From: the human T2T-CHM13v2.0 reference genome, Homo sapiens
Direction: 5' to 3' (one strand)
Assembly (NCBI RefSeq): GCF_009914755.1
Contig: NC_060929.1
DNA length: 64,000 bases
Below the pieces are notes generated by a model. It saw only the letters and a program-made list of their open reading frames with translations, was not told where the DNA came from and searched no databases. Both the position numbers and the translations under genes were made by a program. Below are positions 55,090 through 64,000 of this stretch, in pieces. Positions within the stretch are counted from its first letter, which is position 1; each line of letters starts with the position of its first letter.

Positions 55090-57970
55090 TGCTAATGCAT
55101 GAACATATTCTCTCGGTAGAAGATTTTTAAAATACAGAAATATTGAGAGCAAACCCTGAAATGACCCCTGCAGTATGCCTTTCCTGGTTTCCTCTCCCAG
55201 ATGGTACCACTGTTAAGCATCTGGTGTGCATACTTTTGTCGCTTCCCGTGCAATTACATGTATTTACATATACCTTTACTGACTTTTTAACACAAGGGGA
55301 TCGTATTCTACTACTTGAACTTACAAAAATATGATTGGAAAATTATTCATGTAATATAGGTTGGTTATATATGCCATATATCATATTCCTTTCGCAACTT
55401 TCCCCTAGTGATGGAAATTTTAGTGTTTCCAGTCTTGTACTAATACAATGAAGTTATGAATGGCCTTGAATGGACATCACTGGGCACTCATGAATGTATT
55501 GCTTGAGAATATATTGCTAGAGCCAGAATTGTTGGGCCAAGGAAATTTAAGATTTAGAATATATTCTTCCTAATTTCCTTACTTCACCAAAAAAGACTCT
55601 TATCTGCTGTATATGAACGTGTTGGTTTCCCTATATCCGTCCCAAATTTGACAATGTATGCCATCTGATAACTGAACAACCAAATACACACACACACAAA
55701 AACACACACACACACAAACGATTGCCAGTGAGAATGAATATCTTTTACATGTTTATTGGCCGTTTTGTTTCTCGTTTTGAGAATTACCATCTGGCATCCT
55801 TTACTCATTTTAGCATTGAGTTGTTTGCCTTTTCCTAAATTATTTATAGAAGTCTTTATACATTCTGGTTATTAATAACTTGTCTACTAAATGTGTTGCA
55901 GTAATTCATCTCTGCCACTTGTATTTTATCTTTTCTCTGTCCCCCTCCCCCATCCCCATTATACAGAAGTTTTTAAGTTTCTTAGGTGAAAATTGTTATT
56001 TATACTTTAAGTTTCTGGGTCGAGGTTTCACTTAAGACCTTTGCTATCCCATAGCTTTAAAAAGTATTCTGTATTTTCCTCTAACACATTTCTATTTTTG
56101 CTTAATGTTTTGTGTTTTAAACCATCTGAAGTTTAGCAAAAGATGTGAGGCATAAATATTACATTACTTTATTTTTTCCATATTGATAGCTACTATTCCT
56201 ACTATTTAATGATGACACAATGTTTTCCCACTACTTAAAAAACAAATTAATCGTAAATTAAAGTCTTACATATACACGAATCTTCTTATATACTCTATTC
56301 AATTTTATTGACTCATTTTCCAATTTCTAAACTCTTCAAGTTTAATTAGTATAGGCCTAGTAACATGTAATTATATCTAAATAAAAGTCCTCTCTCATTG
56401 ATAGTCTTTTTCAGATTTTTTGGCTCTTTTGTGGTATCTTCTCTTTCTTATGAAAGAGGAGATTATATAGCTAGGTAAATATATAATTAGATATGTATAT
56501 ATATCTACATAATCCCTTGAGTTTTATATTCTAAGTCCTTATATTTTTCAATGAGATCCATTTTCTCACTGATATTGTTTGCAAAAAGAAGTGTTAGCTT
56601 TGCCTCTTTGTTTCCCATAGCAATGCCTCTTTTTTCTTTCTCGTATGTCTTCATTACACTGAGTACGCCATAGCCACAACAGGTACCCCTTTCTTTTCTT
56701 GTTTTTAGTGAGAATATTTCTCATATTTTTGCCATCAACTATGGTATTTTCTATAGATTTCATGAAAGCATCCTTTATTAGAAATATCCCTTTGGTCTCT
56801 GCTTGCTAATTTTTTGAATCATTAAAGGGTATTGAACATAATCTAATGGATTTTCTCCTTTAGTCTACTATAATGATATATACATTTATTTTCTAATGTT
56901 TAACTAGGTGTTCTGAAAAACCCTTGGTTAGACTCTCCCTTGTAAGTATACATTTCAAAATGTTCCTCTCCCTTTCCTACTAACGAACAGAGAGGAACTT
57001 TACCATTTAACCAGTGTGAATAAGGAAATGGAACAATAACTGGTTAGAATTACTGCCAATACAGGCTGTACCAGGAGAGGTTAGGCAAAGATCTGTTTAT
57101 CTCCCACAAAGAGAGAAGGAAAGGAGTCAATATTAGTTCAGACAAATGAAAAAAAGAAAAAGAAACAGAATCTCATAAGCAAAGGCTGAAACCACGGTGA
57201 CAATTTTTGAATTTTGTGTAATATAATATTGGGTATAGAATAAGTGGTTAGTGCAATAACACTCTATTTTCTAAATTTTTTCATATCCTGAAATTTCTGC
57301 CTCTTTATTTATCATATATATGCCCAGAGAAGCAATTGTTCTCTGATTTTTGCAAATGTCTAAGAGACGGAGATAACTTATACTTGAATATGAAGTACAG
57401 TGTTCTTTAATTTTCTGCTGGGTTTAGTATGTTAATATTTACTTTAGGATTTTAATATTCATGCACATGAGGAGAAATGTAATTATCTTTCTCTTTTTTG
57501 TACATTTTTTGTCCTTTGTTGATGGCAGAGTTTGGCTATTCTCATAGAATAACTATGAAGCTTTTCATATTTTTTTCTGCTCTGGAATACTTTATATATA
57601 ATATAAAAAGTGTCTGCTGCTTGAAGTGTTATAAAATTCTTCTATGAAATTACTTGGACCTAAGGTCTTTTTAAAGAGTATATTTTAGTTGCCTGCTCAT
57701 TTCTTTATTCATAATACTTCTAGCCCTACTTTTGTACTTCTTGAATTAGTTATTATATACGTTTCTATGAAGTGATACATTTCACCTAGTTTTCTAAATG
57801 TCTGGCATAAAGGTAATAAAAATATTTTCCTATGATTCTTGCTCTAATATAATTTTAAATTTCCTTTGCACTTACAATGTTGTTTATCCACATCTTTTCT
57901 AGTTTTCTTTTCATTATAATTGCCAAATGTTGAATTTAATGGTCTTTCCAAAAACAGTTTTGATTTTGTT
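55090..57970 (-). mobile_element. Highly diverged L1M/L1ME fragments
   Basis: T-rich tract with recurrent L1M motifs (GTGATGGAAATTTTAG.GTTTCCAG, TACATTCTGG.TATTAAT, TTGCTAATTTTTTGAATCAT). Boundaries are approximate. Confidence 0.55.
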
Positions 57971-57975
57971 GATTG

Positions 57976-59515
57976 GTGGGACAGATCCTGAGGAAGATGC
58001 ATACTCTCTGATAAGCCAGAGGTCTCTGTAGCATCTTCAATCAAGGGAGGTGCAATAGCCTTTAATAGGGAGGAATGGGCCACTTCTGCAGGTGGTTCAG
58101 GGAAACTGGGGGTTTCAAATTTCTTTAGTGTGTCAACCAAGAAGTTCCCATCTCAAGACTCCTTCCAAAAGAGGACCTGACCTGGGTTTAGAAGCACTTC
58201 CAAGATTGAGAATTCAGTGTTTTTGCAACTGGCCAGCTTTACAAATAAGTCCTGTACCTGATCCACCACTCTTTCTGCTATCCAGCTGCAGCAGTTGAGA
58301 GTTTCTTCAAAAGCTGCCAAGGAAGCCCACCAGCTTTCTCACTTTGCCTGTAGTTCATGATAATCACCCTCAGCCTTTTGTTTTCTTTCTCTAGTGCCTT
58401 GGTTGCATGCAGCAAAATGCATCTGATTCCATTGTCTATAATTATTACTTTCCCCAAATTTTTCAAACTTTTGAGATATTGCACCCATCAGTGCCTTTCC
58501 TTCACTATTATACCCTCTGAGTTCTCCACTAGTGAAATTTTAACAATTATACTGTGCACTAGCTGGTCTGTTAAGGTGGCCTCAGTTTTACCCTACCTTC
58601 CGTATACATGCTCCATGTCCTGCTTCCTCTCTCTTTGAATGTGGTCTATGCTTGTGATTACATTGATAATAGAATATGGTGTAAGTGATACTGTACCATG
58701 CAAAATGTTAGCCTAATCCTTAAACGATCTTGTATTTTCTAGTTCCTCTCTCTCAGAAAGCGCATTCTTGGGATGTTCCTCTTGGAACCCAGCTGCCATA
58801 TTGTGAAGAGTCCACTTATAGGCACACTGGTCACCAGTTACAGGTGATCTCAAAGCTGAAGCTAGCCTCAGCTTCCAAACAAGTGAATGAGCCCAATCAA
58901 GCTTCCAAATGACTACAACCTCATCCAGCATCATTGAAGCTGGAGAACTGTCCTGCTAAGCCTAATTAACCCACAGAATCATGAGAGGCAATAAAATAGT
59001 TATTTTAAGCCACTCAGCTTTGCATATATTTGTTAAGCAACAAAATGTAATCAGAATATGTTGCCACAGTATTCTAGGATCTTCCACACTTCATTTGCTA
59101 CCAATGATGAAATCTTAACTGTTAGCCACCTGGTGGGTGATCTGGCTCCAAAATTCCACACTTAAAGTTCCGCTTTCTTGTTCCACTTGGCACCAACTCT
59201 CTGAAATCAGGTCCCCTGAGAAACATTAGTTAAGATAGAGAAGACAGGCATATGCATATGAAAAGGTGTTGAGGAATAATCAGAAACAGTACCTGTGAGG
59301 GCGTACAGGAAAGACTGGGCAGAAGGAAAGGTTGAACTGCAATCCTAGAGGTCCCAGCCAGTCTCACAGAGAGCTCTGGAGATGGGAAGGACCTTAGGAG
59401 TTGTCCTGAATTGAAGCAAGGAGTCTGGGATCAGTTATTGAATGTAGGTTGCCCCCAGAAAGGAGGCTAACTTTGAATGAAATATCCATGACAGTGTACT
59501 ATAGCATCCCATATA
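57976..59515 (-). mobile_element. ERVL-class provirus remnant (LTR16-like 5' LTR ~59200-59515, PBS, gag-like internal), interrupted by an MLT1 LTR at ~58562-59058
   Basis: LTR16-like text (CTGGGCAGAAGGAAAGGTTGAACTGC...GAGCTCTGGAG). A TGG-starting PBS-like TGGTGCCAAG lies just inside it. Minus-strand peptides ILLHATKALEKENKRLR and PSFPEPPAEVAHSSLL resemble ERVL gag as I recall it. Confidence 0.6.
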
Positions 59516-60545
59516 CTGCCATTTTAACTATTTCGTGATTTTTTTCCCCTCTACCTTTTGTCTATCAAACTTTGTCCTATTTCCTCTTCCTCCACCTTGT
59601 TGTTGGAAAGCTATACACTTTCTACTCTTCTCATTTTTATTCTTATATTTTTGAGATGTATACTTAACCCTATAACTTTCTGTCAATGTCCATGTTTAAT
59701 CAGAATATCTCTAGCTACAAGGGACAGGATTTGTAGCCTACTTTTATTTGTTTTCTGTTTTGGACTTTTCTTCTCTACCACTTTTCACAATTCTAGACTG
59801 ATACTTCTGCTTTATTATGTTACGTGCTAATAATTTTTAAACTTTATTTTTTCTATTTTAATAGTTTAATTTTGTTTACCCTGAACACTACAGATTTAAT
59901 TTTTTTCTTGTCTAGCTATTACTAACATACAGAAATGCAATTTTTATACTGAATTTTTCATACTGACTTTGCATTTAGTAACTATAAACTCATTAATTTT
60001 TGGAATTCATTTTAGATTCTTTTTGTATTTTCAACATAAGCAATTACATTTTCTGTGAATAATGACAGATGTTTTCTTTTCAATACTATTCCTTTTAGGT
60101 TTTTGTTTTTGTTTTTGTTTCGTATCTTGCCTTATTACATTGGATAAGGCTTCCTGTACAATATTGAGTAAAAGTGAAAGTAGTGACAGAGAGTAAGTTT
60201 GTATAGTTTCTGATTTCAGAGGGAAGTTTTTCAGCATCTCTCCATTAAATGTGAATTTTTTTGCAGACTCTATTCTGGTTTTTAAAGTGGCTTTTGTGTT
60301 TTCAATCATTAATGGACTTGACATTTATCATTTTTTTCTGCCTCTATTGAGAAGATCATATAATTTGTTCTTCCTCTTTTTGCTAATGTAGGTAAAATAC
60401 ATGATTGATTTTGAAACATTAAGTTAATCTTGAATTCTTAGGATAAACCCAATTGAGTCATAATATAGTATAATTTATATATTTTGCTTAATTAAAAAAT
60501 TTTAGCTTATAAATAATATTTGCCTGAAAATTTTCTTCCTTGTAA

Positions 60546-60840
<295 letters not shown>

Positions 60841-60987
60841 GTAACCTATTTGTTGTAAACCAGCTTATTCTGACTTCTAAGGACAAGTTAAGAATTGTTC
60901 TCTTTTTTAAATCTCTCGAAGTTTGTATAAGACTGGTGTTCTTTCTTAAAATGTAGAATTTTCAGGTGAAGCCATCTGGGTCTGGAG

Positions 60988-61018
<31 letters not shown>

Positions 61019-61667
61019 GTGTGTGTGTTGGTTTTCAATTAGAGATTCCACTTCTTTAGTAGGTATAGAGCTATCCAAGGTTTGTGGTGTTTAATTTTTT
61101 TGCATCAGTTTTGGTGAATGGTGTTTTTCTAAGAAAGATTTCATTCAAAATTTTATAATATTCTTTTATTACTTTTAGAATTTATCAAACTTGTTGTGAT
61201 TTCCCCTGCTTTAATCCTGATCATGGTTACTTGTATCTCTTTCTCTATTAATCTATTTGGGAGTTCATCAATTTATTGGTCCTTTTAAGGAACAGACTTT
61301 GGACTGAGTATTTCTATGGTATATTTGTTTTTTATTTCATTAATTTGCCTTCTTGTGTTTTTAGTTTATTTCCCCCTATTGAATATGTTTTCTCTTTTTT
61401 TAAATTTATCATTTTTATATTTGTGTGGTATTGTTTTTTTCTCCAACTACATTCAAATTTTCTCTTTGTCTTTTGATTCCAGTAGATTGATTATAATATG
61501 CCTAGATGATATGTGTGTAGACAAACATATCTCACACACACACACACACACACACATTTGATGTTTATCCTCCTTGCAGTTCTCTAAGTTTCTTGAATCC
61601 GTGGTTTGGTGTATGTTACTGATTTTGAAAAATTCATAGCCATTATTCAAATTTTTTTGTCGTATCC

Positions 61668-62219
61668 TTTCTTTCTTTGTTTTTTAAATTTTAAGTTCAG
61701 TGGTACATCTGTAGGTTGGTTACATAGGTAAACTTGAGTCATGGGGGTTTGTTGTATAGATTATTTCATCACCCAGGTATTAAGCCTAGTACCCATTATT
61801 GGTTTTTCCTGATAGTCTCCTTTCTCCCAACCTCTAGCCTCAAGTAGGCCCCAGTGTGTGTTGATTCTCTCCATGTGTCCATGAGTTCTCATCATTTAGC
61901 TCCCACTTATAAGTGAGAATATATGGTATTTGATTTTCTGTTCCTGTGTTAGTTTGATAAGAATAATGGCCTCCAGTTCCTTCCTTACATCATATACAAA
62001 AATTAAGTCAAGATGAATTAAAGACTTAAATGTAAAACTCAAAACTATAAAAACCTTGGAAGACAACCTAGGCACGTGCAAAGATTTCATGATGAAGACA
62101 CCAAACACAATTGCAACAAAAGCAGCAATTGACAAATGGTATCTAATTAAAGAGCTGCTGCACAGCAAAATAAACTATCAACAGAGTAAACAGACAATCT
62201 ACAGAATGGGAGAAAATTT
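61668..62219 (-). mobile_element. Older L1PA with 5' inversion (3'UTR on minus 61668-61980; ORF2 piece on plus ~61978-62219)
   Basis: TTTAAGTTCAG.GGTACAT...TAATGGCCTCCAGTTCC is joined to CCTTACA.CATATACAAAAATTAA...AGAATGGGAGAAAAT in the opposite orientation. Confidence 0.85.
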
Positions 62220-63544
62220 CCGTCCTATTCTTTTTCTGGAATTCCACGTAGGCATATGTGAGACTGCATGGAATTTTTAAGATTGTTCCATTGGTCTTGG
62301 GTGCTCTGTGTTTCTATCTGGGTGTTTTCAATTGACCTATCTTTAAGTTCAATGAATCTTTCCCAGGCTGTGCCACATTTGCTGATGAGTGTGTTGAAGG
62401 CACTCTTCATTTATGTTACTGTAGGGGGTTTTGTTCCTTGAAATTTCATTTGATTCTTTTAGTTCTCATCTCCTTGTTGAAATTTTCCACTTATCTCATG
62501 TCTTCACTTTTTCCATTACCGTTGTTAACATCATAGTCATAGTTATTTTTAAATTGCTGTCAGATAATTCTAACATCTCTGTCACATCTGAGTCCAGTTC
62601 AGTTGATCGCTTTGTTTCTTACCAGTATGTTGTTTATTTCTTGCCATTTTGTTTGCTTATAATTTTGCGTTTAATGTGTGCATCGTGTGTTGGAAAGTGG
62701 AAATAGTAGTTTTCATGCCTGTAAGTAAGCATGCCTTCCCTTATGCTAGGCATTTTTTGTGGAGGTTTGGGTTAATCTACTGAGGATATTGTTTGGATTT
62801 GCAGTTTATTCATGCTATGCTTATTCTTGGTGTACCACATGCTTCAGATTTCTCTAACCATATCTTTAGTTTTGGGTGGGGCCTGGTTTTCCTGAGCAGG
62901 TTCCTCTATCTGGTCCACACTCAGCTTTAGTTCTCTTATTTGCATTATGCTGTTGAGAGGGTCTGTCTCCCCGTTCTTACAACTTCCTAGCAGCACCCCA
63001 CTGTTACTTTTTATCTGATGCGTGTTAGCTTGGTACTAGGGAGCAGAGGGGACAGTCTCTGTTGTTTTGATTAAACTTCAGTCTTAGGGGGCCCTATATA
63101 CATGGGTCTTGGGAATGTGACCTTCTCAGAACTCTTGCCTTTTCACCATCTGTAGTTCTGTGCTCAGCACATATGCCTGCCTCTCCCTCCAGGAAAAGGG
63201 GATTTTTCCCTGTTCCCTTCCCCCAGCTGCACTGCCTTTGTCCCAGTGCCTAAAGGTGACAATGCTTGTTGCCAAAACCACTTGTATATGAAGGCTTCTA
63301 TTTATCAGGGGAGATAAGAGAGAAGTTCTTGGCTGGTTTTGTACCCCCTCACAGTAGCTACCATTCTCCTCCAGGTCTGCACCATGAAGCATGCTTTCTC
63401 AGGACTCTCACCCATCCTTTTTTTGTATGCCCAGTAGAGTCCGTCCAGAAAAGACTGCAAGAAGATGTGAACTCCCCCTATGTGTGGGAGTATGTGGCTC
63501 CCAGGGGCTCTGCATTCTCCTGTGAACGCACACTCAACACTCCC

Positions 63545-63912
63545 TGATATGGTTAGTCTTTGTGTCCCCACCCAAATCTCATCTTGAATTATAGTCTTCA
63601 TATCAAGGGAGAGACAAGGTGGAGGTAATTGATTCATGAGGGGCAGTTCTCCCATGCTGTTCGTGTGATAGTGAGTGAGTTCTCACAAGATCTGATGATT
63701 TTTAAAGGGGCTCTGCCACCTTCACTCAGCACTTCTCCTTCCTTCTGCCTTGTGAAGAAGGTGCCTTGCTTCCTCTTTGCCTTCCACCCTGATTGTAAGT
63801 TTCCTGAGGCCTCCCCAGCCACGCGCAACTGTGAGTCAATTAAACCTCCTTCCTTTATAAATTACCCAGTCTCAGGCAGTTATTTATAGCAATATGAAAA
63901 CAAACTGATACA
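63545..63912 (+). mobile_element. THE1D/MSTA-type solo LTR
   Basis: Starts TGATATGGTT...GTGTCCCCACCCAAATCTCATCTTGAATT, contains ATTAAACCTC and ends ACTGATACA. Confidence 0.88.
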
Positions 63913-64000
63913 CCTCCCCAATTTATTAACTCTTCTAACCAAATTCTAACTGGTCTCTGGCTGTGTTTGTTCCTGGTTAGCAAGTGCCATCTTTCCTCAC

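Overview
This window is primate genomic DNA, most likely human or great ape (it carries AluY and L1PA2-age elements). It is AT-rich, intergenic or deep intronic, and dominated by transposable-element remnants: Alu, L1, MIR, L2, MaLR and ERVL LTRs, and MER DNA transposons. I see no intact protein-coding gene, RNA gene or CRISPR array. Nearly all ORF-track entries come from repeats or low-complexity sequence. Two processed pseudogenes lie on the minus strand. The first is a full-length PNRC2 retrocopy (~1911-4995) that the ORF track essentially misses; it has TSDs, two later Alu insertions and a frame-preserved fossil uORF. The second is a full-length RPS3A retrocopy (~40810-41700), frameshifted by a 22-bp locally templated insertion. 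The best unexplained structure is a ~115-bp inverted repeat with a 37-bp perfect core (40578-40692 / 42218-42334) that brackets the RPS3A copy. Other oddities are twin-primed or fold-back L1 insertions, a mosaic Alu and a probable deletion junction. I cannot support a claim of a new biological system here; the findings concern retrotransposition and DNA-repair history. All repeat subfamily names and parent-gene comparisons come from recalled consensus sequences, not from searches, so boundaries of old elements are approximate.
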